Shown here piece after piece: positions 1 through 9,626 of a DNA stretch of 64,000 nt (positions are counted from its first letter, which is position 1; each line of letters begins with the position of its first letter). Origin of the DNA: Fluviicola sp. (lineage in GTDB: Bacteria > Bacteroidota > Bacteroidia > Flavobacteriales_D > Crocinitomicaceae); assembly GCA_043721195.1 (NCBI GenBank), contig JAYSRF010000108.1, positions 21,341 through 85,340 of the forward strand, given 5' to 3'. Under the pieces are notes generated by a model, which searched no databases, was not told where the DNA came from, and was given only the letters and a program-made list of their open reading frames with translations. The position numbers were made by a program, and so were the translations under genes.

Positions 1-1
1 G

Positions 2-340
2 CTGCAAACTCCAGCAAGTCAAGTGCAATTTCGTGCAGATTTCGCTCAGATGAAAAACGTATTAAGTGCGTTTAATCAACAAAAAAAGACTCCTTCTTGG
101 AACAATCTGTTTTTGCCACTCTCCCCAATTATCTTGGGCGAACCTGTTGAAGACGATCAACTTTACCAACAACAAATGCACCTTTCGACCATTTTAGAAG
201 CTGCCGTTTCAACCGAAGATGCTCAGCAATTATTGGAAAAATCAACCTTAGCACATTCTGCTTGGAAAACAGAAACATGGTCGCCTTACATGTTAGAAAC
301 AGCCATCGGAATAGCTCAGAAATGGAAACGAGGTTGGTAA
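2..340 (+). CDS. Hypothetical protein, C-terminal part (5' truncated by window edge)
   Basis: Frame is open from base 2 (CTG CAA ACT...) through the track ORF 23..340; no recognisable motif. Confidence 0.6.
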   Translation: MQTPASQVQFRADFAQMKNVLSAFNQQKKTPSWNNLFLPLSPIILGEPVEDDQLYQQQMHLSTILEAAVSTEDAQQLLEKSTLAHSAWKTETWSPYMLETAIGIAQKWKRGW

Positions 341-499
341 TAGAGTGAATATTTGAACTACAAATGCAATTAAATGATTGTTATTCAACAATATTCCAAT
401 TGGTTTTCAGTTATACGAATAAAGGAACTACTATTGGTTAAACCAAATTTGTTTTCCAAGATCAAACGATTTTAACAATTATTTTATTTTCTTTGAGTA

Positions 500-2836
500 A
501 TGGACAAAATACTACGACTTTCTTCGTTTTTCTCTTTGCCTCTACTAATCTTAGTTTTGCTTACTCAATGGAAAACAACGCTTTATAGCCAAGAAGATGA
601 TTCATTGAATTTGCAATTATTCAATCAAAGCGATTTAGATAATTCAGGAAGTAAAGCATCCAAAACAATTGTATCAGCGAACCGATTGGCTGAAACACCT
701 GATGATATGGCGCAACAAGTCATCATTATTGATGGAGCGACCATTCGAAAATTTGGTTACACGACCTTGGTTGATGTATTGGAAAGCATACCGGGATTTC
801 GCACCTCACAACCGGGAAATTCCATTGAAGGTGAAACATTTTTAATGCGTGGATTGTATGGAAACGATCACGTAAAATTTCTGATCAACGGTGTTCCAAT
901 AAAACCAGAAGCTGTAAAAGGAATGCCTATAGGCGGTCAATTGCCCATTCGTCATGCAGAACGAATTGAAATTATTTTGGGTCCGTCTTCAACTTCTTAT
1001 GGTTCTGAATCCATGGCTGGAGTCATTAATATTGTATTACCAGAAATAGATCGACCTGTATTTGCTTGGGCAGATATCAACTTACTTTCACCCAAAACAA
1101 CCGATTTTAATTTAACACTTGGAGGAAAAGCTGGCAAAGGAAAAAGCATCCTTAATTATGAGTTATTTGCATCTTCATACCGTTCCTCAGATATTAATTT
1201 ATTGATTCCAGATGATTCGATTCGTGTAAAACCCAATCAACTTACCCCAGTTCAACAACAATTGTTTGTTGGAGATAGTGCTGGTGTTCCAGAACGAGAT
1301 AATTTAAAACGTGAAAGTCGCTTATTGGGTGCTTACATTACCTACAAAGGATTTGAATTGAGTGTCATCAACATGTACCGTGAAGAACACAGTGGTTTGG
1401 GGAGTCAACCACTCCAACACGCCTATTATGATGCGAGTCTAACGTATGGCGAAAACATCAATTCAATTGGATTCAAATACAATAGCAATGCTGGAAAGCG
1501 TTTCCAAACACGGATTGCACTTTCGAGCATCATTTACAGAACGATTACCAACTCTGCCTACTATGGAGTAACGCATTTGTTATCCAATGGTCGCAATTTT
1601 ATGTATGCGCGTTCAACAGATGTAAACTTGGATCTCCAGGAAATTATAAAAGTCAACAAACAAATTAACCTTGCAGTAGGTCTAACAGGAGAGTATGCGT
1701 TTTCTCAACCGTTCACGAATTTCTTACGTCATCCCTATAATCCCAAAAATCCTGATGAATTCCGAGATTCATTGGAAACTGGAGTCACGCAGTCAGCGGC
1801 CATCCAGTCTATAAGTATGATAGATACGATTCAATCGATGGACATATTTGGGAAACTTGATTTTTCGTTGTTTGCACAAGCTTCTTATCGTTCCAAATCG
1901 GGTAAGTTTTCTGCTGAAGCTGGAATAAGAGGGGATGCAATACTATTAACAGTCAATAGTTTTAGTACAAAAGTTCTTTCACCAAAATTGGGACTTGTCT
2001 ACAAACCAACAACCAATTTAAAATTCCGTGCCTATTATGGTCGCGGATACAGAGCTCCAAAATCGTATTACATCTTTAATAATTATGGTGAATCTGCTGT
2101 AAACTTCGGTCAGGGAGAAGGTTTAAAAAGGGAAATAGCAAAGATTAAATCTGAGAGTTTGCAAGGGATTGATGTTGGGGTAGATTGGCAAGCAACACGT
2201 TTTTGGAAATTGGGCGTAACCTATTTTGCACATTGGATGAATAACAAAGTATTGCGTCAAATTAATGTCCCGTCTCCCGATTCTACAAACATGAATCCGA
2301 ATCAACGGATTTCATTTGGTTATTACAACGGTGATTCTAAATCCTTTTTACAATCATTGATTATCGTAAATGATTTACGTTTTAAAACCGGAAATGTTGG
2401 TTGGAATCTCCAATTGAGTTACGAATTATCAAATGGAACAGAGAGTGTAGAGTCGGATGGCGATCTTCCTGGTGAAGAACCAGTTACTTCTATTGGTTAT
2501 CGATTTGTACCAACACATGCTGGAAAAGGAAATATAGAAGTCAATTACCGTGATCTTACGGTTTCATTACGCGGAACAGTTACTGGAAGGTTTATCACCG
2601 ATGTTTTCCGTAGCAATAATTCCATTGTTTACACCGAATCAGATGTGGTTTTCTGCAATGTTGATCTATTAATCTACAAACAATTGTTTCGTCAACTCAG
2701 TGTTTTTGGAGGTGTTTACAATTTGCTCAATACTGTTCAAAGTGGGATTCCAAATGTGGATATTTCCAATACTTGGAATTACAATCCTCAATACGGACGA
2801 GTCTTTAAAATTGGTTTAACATTCAAACTCAATTAA
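500..2836 (+). CDS. TonB-dependent outer membrane receptor
   Basis: N-terminal signal peptide; plug motifs (VSANR...IIIDGATIRKFGYTTLVDVLESIPG, RIEIILGPSSTSYGSESMAGVINIV); beta-barrel-like C-terminus (VYNLLN...GRVFKIGLTFKLN). Confidence 0.92.
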   Translation: MDKILRLSSFFSLPLLILVLLTQWKTTLYSQEDDSLNLQLFNQSDLDNSGSKASKTIVSANRLAETPDDMAQQVIIIDGATIRKFGYTTLVDVLESIPGFRTSQPGNSIEGETFLMRGLYGNDHVKFLINGVPIKPEAVKGMPIGGQLPIRHAERIEIILGPSSTSYGSESMAGVINIVLPEIDRPVFAWADINLLSPKTTDFNLTLGGKAGKGKSILNYELFASSYRSSDINLLIPDDSIRVKPNQLTPVQQQLFVGDSAGVPERDNLKRESRLLGAYITYKGFELSVINMYREEHSGLGSQPLQHAYYDASLTYGENINSIGFKYNSNAGKRFQTRIALSSIIYRTITNSAYYGVTHLLSNGRNFMYARSTDVNLDLQEIIKVNKQINLAVGLTGEYAFSQPFTNFLRHPYNPKNPDEFRDSLETGVTQSAAIQSISMIDTIQSMDIFGKLDFSLFAQASYRSKSGKFSAEAGIRGDAILLTVNSFSTKVLSPKLGLVYKPTTNLKFRAYYGRGYRAPKSYYIFNNYGESAVNFGQGEGLKREIAKIKSESLQGIDVGVDWQATRFWKLGVTYFAHWMNNKVLRQINVPSPDSTNMNPNQRISFGYYNGDSKSFLQSLIIVNDLRFKTGNVGWNLQLSYELSNGTESVESDGDLPGEEPVTSIGYRFVPTHAGKGNIEVNYRDLTVSLRGTVTGRFITDVFRSNNSIVYTESDVVFCNVDLLIYKQLFRQLSVFGGVYNLLNTVQSGIPNVDISNTWNYNPQYGRVFKIGLTFKLN

Positions 2837-2838
2837 GG

Positions 2839-5205
2839 ATGAAAGGACTGCTTTTTCTTCTTTCATCCTTAATTGCTGGATTCGCAACTAGCCAAGAAAT
2901 GCGGATTCTGGAATCAGAGGTCGACCGACAGCACGTTGATCGGTACAATGAACGAGCTGCGAAAATCAACCACAAAGACAGCGCGGTTTATTATTACACC
3001 AAATCACAACTCATTGCTGATAAGATCAGTTATTGGCAAGGTGAGATTGTTGCGTGTAAAGGCTTAATCAATTGTTACAAAAACGATCGCACGATCTATG
3101 ATAAATTGCGCTATTCATTGATGCTCGTAAACCTTTACGATCAACATGGAACAACCGATCAAAAAGTGCAAGGATACAATCAATTGGGGAAATTGTATTT
3201 AACTGAACACCTGTATTCCAAATCGGTAGAACAATATAAAAAAGCGATTGCACAAGAAGAAAATCCAAAAAACGCCTCTTTTGAAACCCAAATGGGCTTG
3301 ATTCGTGCGCAAAAGCATTCCAATGATCTAGATGGTGCACTCGTTTCTGCGCGGCAATTGGAATACAAAAATGGATTAACGAATCCTGAAAAAGTTGATC
3401 TGCAGAAAGAGAAAGCGGAGATTTACCACGCACTAAAAGCTTATAAAGAAGAATTAACAAGTTATGAGTTAATTATTTCATTGGTGAAAAATGGATCACA
3501 ATCCTACTTAGAACCAACAATTTGGAACAACATCGGCTATACCAATAAATACTTAAATAATTATCCTGAGGCAAAATCAGCCTTCCTCCAAGCGGTGCGC
3601 AAAGGAAGTAAAAACGATGATGAACTAAATGGAGCAGCTTACCACAATTTGGGTTTAATCTTGTACAACGAGCGCGACATGGATTCTGCTCTTTACTGTT
3701 TTGAAAAAGCAAAAGGACATTACATTGCCATCAATAATTTTGAGCAAGCAACACAATGCCTCAACATGGAAGCAATGACGTATTATCAATCCAATGATGC
3801 GTTCAATGCACAGAAGAAAATCAACTTAGCAATTCAACAAGCGAAAACACACCAATTGCCAGCTGTTTTGTCAAGAAGTTATGAAATCAAATCACTGATT
3901 CATCAAGATTTATACGAATTTGAAATGGCGTTGGAAAGTTATAAATCGTTTCTTTCTATTCGTGATTCCTTGTTAACAGAAGATCGTGTGCGTGAAAATA
4001 AATTGTTATTTGACCAGTATAAAATTGAGCAAATTGAAAAAGAATTGCGCTTGATCTGGGCGAAGAATGAACTCGATGTGCTCAATCTAGCGCGCGAAAA
4101 AGCCGAAAAAGAAGCAGAACGAGAACGGTTCAAAACAAAGGAAAAAGAAGACGAATTGCGCATTTCTGGTTTGCAATACAAGGAATTAAAAGCCCGTGAA
4201 GAATTGCAACGATTGATGTTGTTAGAAGAGCGATTAAACGTTGAAAACAAGGAAAAACAATTGGCCTTGAGTGAACGTGAAAATCAACTCAAGGAATTAG
4301 CATTGGAAAAAGAGCGATTAGTGATTGCCGCAAATGAAGAAAAAATTCGCTCTCTCGCTCAGAAAAACGAACTAGAACAACAAAAACGGCTCAATCAAGA
4401 AGCAGGATATACCTACAAATTGCGCTTGATTTTTGGAGCCATGTTGTTCATTTTCTTGATTTTATTGGTCATACTTTTTGCTTATCGACAACTGCGTAAA
4501 CGCAAAAAACAAATCGAACGCCAAAGCATCATCATTGCCAAAAGCAAAGAAGAAATTGAACATGAAAAAGAGAAATCAGAAGGTTTATTGCTCAATATCT
4601 TACCCCATGCGATTGCTGAAGAGTTAAAATTAACGGGCTCATCCAAACCGAAGTTATACAAAGAAGTAAGTGTTGGATTTACAGATTTCTCTGGTTTCAC
4701 GATGATTTCCGAGCAAATGAGTCCTGAATTGTTGGTTGAAAAACTCGATGCCATCTTTTTCGAGTTCGATCACATCGTAGAACGCCATGGTTTACAACGC
4801 ATCAAAACCATTGGAGATGCTTATATGTTTGCCGCAGGTGTTCCAGAGTTAATGGATAATCATGCGATCCACATTGTAGAAGCCGCTTTAGAAATGCGTG
4901 ATTACATTCAATCGTATAACAACCAATTAAATGTGGACGAGCCTAAATGGAATATCCGTATTGGCGTAAATACGGGACCAATTGTAGCTGGCGTAATTGG
5001 AATCAAGAAGTTTGCGTATGACATTTGGGGTGATGCTGTAAACATCGCTGCCCGTATGGAATCGAGTGGAGAAATTGCCAAAGTCAATATTTCAGGAAGC
5101 ACATTTGACCTTGTACAAAACCATTTCAATACCGATTATAGAGGAAAAGTTGCTGCCAAAAACAAAGGAGCGGTAGATATGTATTTTGTGGAGCGGAAAG
5201 GGTGA
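2839..5205 (+). CDS. Membrane-anchored TPR-sensor class III adenylate cyclase
   Basis: Signal peptide, TPR-like repeats (YNQLGKLY, WNNIGY, YHNLGLI), charged coiled coil, one TM helix, then cyclase motifs FTDFSGFT, IKTIGDAYM, YDIWGDAVNIAARMES (Lys/Asp pair indicates ATP specificity). Confidence 0.92.
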   Translation: MKGLLFLLSSLIAGFATSQEMRILESEVDRQHVDRYNERAAKINHKDSAVYYYTKSQLIADKISYWQGEIVACKGLINCYKNDRTIYDKLRYSLMLVNLYDQHGTTDQKVQGYNQLGKLYLTEHLYSKSVEQYKKAIAQEENPKNASFETQMGLIRAQKHSNDLDGALVSARQLEYKNGLTNPEKVDLQKEKAEIYHALKAYKEELTSYELIISLVKNGSQSYLEPTIWNNIGYTNKYLNNYPEAKSAFLQAVRKGSKNDDELNGAAYHNLGLILYNERDMDSALYCFEKAKGHYIAINNFEQATQCLNMEAMTYYQSNDAFNAQKKINLAIQQAKTHQLPAVLSRSYEIKSLIHQDLYEFEMALESYKSFLSIRDSLLTEDRVRENKLLFDQYKIEQIEKELRLIWAKNELDVLNLAREKAEKEAERERFKTKEKEDELRISGLQYKELKAREELQRLMLLEERLNVENKEKQLALSERENQLKELALEKERLVIAANEEKIRSLAQKNELEQQKRLNQEAGYTYKLRLIFGAMLFIFLILLVILFAYRQLRKRKKQIERQSIIIAKSKEEIEHEKEKSEGLLLNILPHAIAEELKLTGSSKPKLYKEVSVGFTDFSGFTMISEQMSPELLVEKLDAIFFEFDHIVERHGLQRIKTIGDAYMFAAGVPELMDNHAIHIVEAALEMRDYIQSYNNQLNVDEPKWNIRIGVNTGPIVAGVIGIKKFAYDIWGDAVNIAARMESSGEIAKVNISGSTFDLVQNHFNTDYRGKVAAKNKGAVDMYFVERKG

Positions 5206-5289
5206 GTTTGCTTTTAAAAGTTAGACACTTTTTTCTGTTTAAAATGAATTCTAAATTTAAAATCAAATTCAATCACGGGTATAGAATGC

Positions 5290-5297
5290 TATATTTG
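5290..5297 (+). promoter_or_regulatory. Bacteroidota -7 promoter element (TATATTTG)
   Basis: Exact TAnnTTTG match about 60 nt upstream of the ATG at 5358. Confidence 0.55.
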
Positions 5298-5357
5298 CCC
5301 CATCGCTTGAATCTACTCTAGAATGCGGGCGTTTGAAATTCTAACTGAACAACAATT

Positions 5358-6302
5358 ATGAAGTTTTTATTGACATTTATTGCGCTGATATCCATTCACG
5401 TAATCGCTGCACAAAAGGAAATTACGACAACAAAAACGGCAGATCATCTTCAGGTTCCTGGAACAAAGTTTTTTCTCATACCACCGCCAGATTTCACGAA
5501 TGCTTCAAATTTTCAAGGGTTTCAGCAAATGCATAGCGGATCATCTATAATGGTTATGGAGATTCCTGGTCCCTTCTCAGAAGCATCAACAGGATTCACA
5601 GCAGAAGGTCTTAAAACGAAAGGGGTCATTTTAAAGAAAAAAGAAGCCATAAAAATAAATGGATTTGATGGTGTGTTAATTCGAGCAGAGCAATTTGCGA
5701 ATGGAATAGATTATTTCAAATACATCCTTACATTCGGTAACGAACAAGCTTCTTACATGTTGATGGCAACATTTCCGCAAAAAGTAAAATCGCTGGAAAA
5801 AGAAATGCTGGAATCGCTTTATTCAGTTGTTTATGAAGCTGAGTTAACTGTGGATCCGTTAAGTGCAATTTCATTTTCGATTGATACAGAAGGAACCAAA
5901 CTTCAATTTGCCAAAAGTATATCAGGAATGCTTTCCTATACGGTAGATGGGAAATTGCCAACAGAATCAGATGATAAGACGAATTTTATTGTTGGAATAT
6001 CCTATGCATCAGTTCAATCGATCGACAAAAAATTAACAGCATTAAATAGGGTCAAACAACTTCCTTACAAAGACCTGAAAATTGCTGATAATGGTGTGTC
6101 AGAAATAGAAATCGATGGAATATCTGGTTATGAAATAGTTGCGGAAGGAACAAACTCGGTTACTGGAGCAAAAGATCTTGTTTATCAAGTAATGCTTTTC
6201 ACAGATAATGGTTATTACATGTTAGTCGGAATTGCAAAAGCCGATTTTGAAACAAACTTGGTTATGTTTAAGAAAATTGCTAAAACGTTTGAAAGAAAAT
6301 AA
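5358..6302 (+). CDS. Exported hypothetical protein, possibly two PsbP/DcrB-like domains
   Basis: Signal peptide; two halves with similar patterns (AIKINGFDGVLI / EIEIDGISGYEI; SYMLMATF / YYMLVGIA); fold is inference. Confidence 0.6.
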   Translation: MKFLLTFIALISIHVIAAQKEITTTKTADHLQVPGTKFFLIPPPDFTNASNFQGFQQMHSGSSIMVMEIPGPFSEASTGFTAEGLKTKGVILKKKEAIKINGFDGVLIRAEQFANGIDYFKYILTFGNEQASYMLMATFPQKVKSLEKEMLESLYSVVYEAELTVDPLSAISFSIDTEGTKLQFAKSISGMLSYTVDGKLPTESDDKTNFIVGISYASVQSIDKKLTALNRVKQLPYKDLKIADNGVSEIEIDGISGYEIVAEGTNSVTGAKDLVYQVMLFTDNGYYMLVGIAKADFETNLVMFKKIAKTFERK

Positions 6303-6363
6303 TTGTAATACATTACAATATCCTGATAATTGTCCCGTTTAGATTGTTCAACTAATTACAAAT

Positions 6364-7104
6364 ATGACCTATTTACGCAAACATCTTATCCTCCTCTTAT
6401 TTTCGTTCCCTCTGCTTGTTAATGCCCAAGAAAAGCAATCAATTAATAAAATAGGAATCAATTATTCAGTTGATTATTGCTACAGAAAATTAGCAATTAG
6501 TGATCCACTCTACCAACAAGGAATTGTTTGGCTCAACGAACTTGAAAATCCAACTATTGGTTTGAATACAGGAGCAACGTTTCAACATTCCTTTAAAAAT
6601 GGACTTTTAGTAGAAGGTGGACTTCAATATGTTCGTTTTGGTGAAAAATCCGATTCCATTTCAATAACTACGGTTGATGCTGATGTGGCTGGGTTTGGCG
6701 TTTATCGCAATAAGTATGATTATATAGGTATTCCAATTAAAATTGGGTATCAGTTTCCATTGGGCAATCGCATTCACTTAAGCGTAAGTACTGGCATATC
6801 AACGAATTTTTTTATGGCTCGACAGTATAGTTTTCATTACAAGTACTTTGATGGTTCTTCTGGTGTACATCGGGAAACCACTCAAGTAGGAATGTTTGGT
6901 ACCCAGTACAATCAAGTAAATCTTGTAAGTATATCCAGTATTGGCATAGAAATTCAATTGTTTAAAGCATTTTCCGTGCGTTTTGAACCTACTTTCCGGT
7001 ATTCAATGAATCCAATAATAGGTGATCAGATTCAGGTAAGACCTTATTCAGCTGGGATCAACACTACTGTTTTTTACCGTTTTGGAATGAACAAAACCAA
7101 TTAA
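6364..7104 (+). CDS. Outer membrane beta-barrel (porin-family/OMP) protein
   Basis: Signal peptide ending VNAQ; alternating amphipathic strands (YIGIPIKIGYQF, FSVRFEPTFRYS, SAGINTTVFYRF). Confidence 0.75.
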   Translation: MTYLRKHLILLLFSFPLLVNAQEKQSINKIGINYSVDYCYRKLAISDPLYQQGIVWLNELENPTIGLNTGATFQHSFKNGLLVEGGLQYVRFGEKSDSISITTVDADVAGFGVYRNKYDYIGIPIKIGYQFPLGNRIHLSVSTGISTNFFMARQYSFHYKYFDGSSGVHRETTQVGMFGTQYNQVNLVSISSIGIEIQLFKAFSVRFEPTFRYSMNPIIGDQIQVRPYSAGINTTVFYRFGMNKTN

Positions 7105-7186
7105 AACAAGTTCGATTATAATTTGTGCAGAAAACCCTTAAATGTTTGTGTGGCACTAAAATTGACTAGACTTCATAAATTTTTAA

Positions 7187-7207
7187 GGCACTTATACCAT
7201 AAAGACA
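7187..7207 (+). repeat. Left terminal inverted repeat of the IS1595 element
   Basis: GGCACTTATACCATAAAGACA; matches reverse complement of 11279-11299 at 18/21. Confidence 0.9.
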
Positions 7208-7223
7208 GTTTAGCTTAGTCTGG

Positions 7224-7673
7224 TTAAATAAATCCATCATCAAATTCAAAATTGAAAACTCCTTTTTCAACCCAAATAGAGAGTTTGCCATTTAATATAA
7301 GGTCAAGCCCAATAATTATATCAAACTCGTTACTTGATTCGAACACACCAACGGTCAACTCGTATTGTGGTGTTTTATTTGGATCAACTTTCAGAAGCAT
7401 GGAGTAGTTTTTTACCTCAGTTGTAGAGTTTGGTAGTGAGAGGATGTAGAATCCTTTTTCTTCTAAAGCTAACATCTCTAAAGCTCTCGGTGAGATACAT
7501 GTAAAAGTAGCTCCTGTGTCCCAAAGAGCCTTTACCAGCATCTTCTTTGAAGTCTTTGGGTTTGATATTTCAACCGTCGTAAGTATTCCAGCGTTTTTTC
7601 TAAACTCTTTGAGTGATGTTGATATTTTCATAAGCCAATTTAAGGGCTTAATATACTGAAAACTAGATTTCAT
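7224..7673 (-). CDS. Retropepsin-like (clan AA) aspartic protease, IS passenger
   Basis: Catalytic ALWDTGATFTCIS motif and C-terminal DIIIGLDLI motif; 149 aa single domain. Confidence 0.8.
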   Translation of the reverse strand: MKSSFQYIKPLNWLMKISTSLKEFRKNAGILTTVEISNPKTSKKMLVKALWDTGATFTCISPRALEMLALEEKGFYILSLPNSTTEVKNYSMLLKVDPNKTPQYELTVGVFESSNEFDIIIGLDLILNGKLSIWVEKGVFNFEFDDGFI

Positions 7674-7715
7674 AATACTTTGTTTAAACTTACAAACAAC
7701 TAAAATTCACTGAGT

Positions 7716-7961
7716 ATGAGCATAAGAGATCAATTGATAGTGATTAAAAACAATGTTCATTCAGGGAATGACGTTGCAGGGTCAATGGACAAGTTAATCA
7801 ACCTTTTAAATATTGGCTATGATGATCCAAGAGAAAGAGAAGTAATAAAACAAATGGTTATTACAGCAAAGGATGATTTACTTAACGGTTATCCAATAAG
7901 TACATTTGATGATGCCTACCTAATCATTCTTAGTGATCTCAGTCATTCGGGTAAGATATAG
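7716..7961 (+). CDS. Small hypothetical protein, IS passenger
   Basis: 81-aa ATG ORF divergent from the protease; no motif. Confidence 0.5.
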   Translation: MSIRDQLIVIKNNVHSGNDVAGSMDKLINLLNIGYDDPREREVIKQMVITAKDDLLNGYPISTFDDAYLIILSDLSHSGKI

Positions 7962-8090
7962 ATTAAGCAGTTTAATTCTGACAAAAACTGCATTATCATT
8001 TTCTTCATTTAACCCTTTTTCACGGATTATCTTTTCTATCTGATCTAATACTAGGTTAGATTGATCTATACGTGCTGATATTTTCTCCAT
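7920..8090 (-). CDS. Small hypothetical protein (56 aa, not in ORF track), IS passenger
   Basis: Manual translation MEKISARIDQSNLVLDQIEKIIREKGLNEENDNAVFVRIKLLNLYLTRMTEITKND*; overlaps 3' end of 7716..7961. Confidence 0.35.
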   Translation of the reverse strand: MEKISARIDQSNLVLDQIEKIIREKGLNEENDNAVFVRIKLLNLYLTRMTEITKND

Positions 8091-8164
8091 CTTAAATTAA
8101 ATGTTAAATTGTTTTAAGTAAATGAATTTATTTTGTAATATTGTAAACGAATCAAAGGTATGTT

Positions 8165-8533
8165 ATGGATTATGTTCAAGGATTAAAGCTAAGGCGTGAC
8201 GAGTTACAAATTATTAAAGATGAACTCGAAGCTAAATTAAAACCTGTACTTAAAGAGTACGAAGCAATTGTAAACCTTCTTAAAGTTGTTGAAGCTGAAA
8301 ACTATGTTCAGAATGAATACCCTTTAAAAAGTAGTTTAAAAGAAAAAGTCTTATTCGCTGTTAGCGAGTTAAAGAAAGCAACAGCCCACCAAGTTATTGA
8401 TTTCATGCGCCAACATGAAAGCGATATTTCTGAATCCTCTGTTGTTGTAACCTGTTCAAAGCTATTTGGCTACGGAGTACTTCAAAAAGATAACAGCACA
8501 GGAAGAGAAAGTATTTATACTGTGAAGAAATAA
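8165..8533 (+). CDS. Coiled-coil plus winged-helix-like hypothetical protein, IS passenger
   Basis: N-terminal heptad pattern; C-terminal SLKEKVLFAVSELKKATAHQVIDFM...SKLFGYGVLQK...RESIYTV resembles a wHTH (inference). Confidence 0.6.
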   Translation: MDYVQGLKLRRDELQIIKDELEAKLKPVLKEYEAIVNLLKVVEAENYVQNEYPLKSSLKEKVLFAVSELKKATAHQVIDFMRQHESDISESSVVVTCSKLFGYGVLQKDNSTGRESIYTVKK

Positions 8534-8538
8534 CAAAA

Positions 8539-8564
8539 AATCCCCTTGCGCCAACAAAGGGATT
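8539..8564 (+). terminator. Stem-loop between the wHTH ORF and the transposase
   Basis: AATCCCCTTG-CGCCAA-CAAAGGGATT imperfect hairpin followed by CTCTTCACTTTTT. Confidence 0.5.
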
Positions 8565-8609
8565 CTCTTCACTTTTTTAACTCATAAATGAATCAAAATT
8601 GTAAATGTT

Positions 8610-9503
8610 ATGTCTTACAAATATACGATTTCCAACTTTAGAACTGACTTTCCAGACGATAACGCTTGTCTTGATAAGATATTTGATCTTCGCTATGGAT
8701 CACAAAATGAATGTCCTAAATGTAATAATAGCTTTTCTTATACTAGGGTAAAGAACAGACAATGTTACCAGTGTGGTAAGTGTTATAATCAAATTTATCC
8801 TTGCGCTAAGACAGTATTTGAGAACTCAAAAACTCCATTACTTTATTGGTTCTATGCAATCTACCTTTTCACAGCTTCAAAGAATGGGGTTTCTGCAAAA
8901 GAGATTGAACGTCAACTAGGAGTTACATATAAATGTGCTTGGCGAATGTTAAAACATATTAGAATTTTGATGGGTTCACAAAAAACTGCAATGTTTGGAG
9001 GTTCAATGGAATTAGATGAAACTTTTGTAGGTGGTAAGAACATAAACAGGCACAAAGATAAAAAGGTAGCAAAATCACAAGGACGCTCATTCAAAGATAA
9101 AACACCAGTGTTTGGAATGTTTGAACGTGAAACAGGACAAGTTAAAGCTTTTGTTGTTCCTGACACAAAAGGTAAAACGCTAAAACCAATTATTTACAGC
9201 CAAATTGAAACAGGTGCAAACGTTTTTACTGATGAATGGGTTGCTTATAAAGGTATAGACAAATACTATAACCATCAATTCGTAGACCACAGCAAAGGAC
9301 AGTACACAGACGGAGATAATTCAACCAACCGAATAGAAAACGTGTGGAGTTGTTTTAAACGGACAATAAAAGGAAGTTACATTAAGGTGTCACGTAAATA
9401 CTTACAGCTTTACGTAGATGAGTCTGTTTTCCGTTTCAACAACAGAAACAAACCTATTTTTTACGAACTGGTGAACCTTTTGGGTTTAGAATCAAATCAA
9501 TAG
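8610..9503 (+). CDS. IS1595-family (ISXO2-like) DDE transposase
   Basis: Zn ribbon CPKC...CYQCGKC, HTH GVSAKEIERQLGVTYKCAWRM, catalytic ELDETFVGG / FTDEW / TNRIENVWS, C-terminal VSRKYLQLYVDESVFRFNNR; frame intact. Confidence 0.95.
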   Translation: MSYKYTISNFRTDFPDDNACLDKIFDLRYGSQNECPKCNNSFSYTRVKNRQCYQCGKCYNQIYPCAKTVFENSKTPLLYWFYAIYLFTASKNGVSAKEIERQLGVTYKCAWRMLKHIRILMGSQKTAMFGGSMELDETFVGGKNINRHKDKKVAKSQGRSFKDKTPVFGMFERETGQVKAFVVPDTKGKTLKPIIYSQIETGANVFTDEWVAYKGIDKYYNHQFVDHSKGQYTDGDNSTNRIENVWSCFKRTIKGSYIKVSRKYLQLYVDESVFRFNNRNKPIFYELVNLLGLESNQ

Positions 9504-9609
9504 CTTTGTCAAAGTCTTTACTTGTGACAGGCTTAATTTGTTGTTTACGTTCTAGTTCCTCAAAGCCTTTCGTTAGTTCGTCTACTGACTTTATTTTAGG
9601 CTTTCTCAT
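9454..9609 (-). CDS. Small basic protein (51 aa, not in ORF track) overlapping the transposase 3' end
   Basis: Manual translation MRKPKIKSVDELTKGFEELERKQQIKPVTSKDFDKAIDLILNPKGSPVRKK*; starts 17 nt after the XRE stop, same strand. Confidence 0.55.
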   Translation of the reverse strand: MRKPKIKSVDELTKGFEELERKQQIKPVTSKDFDKAIDLILNPKGSPVRKK

Positions 9610-9626
9610 AGTACAAATGTATGGGA

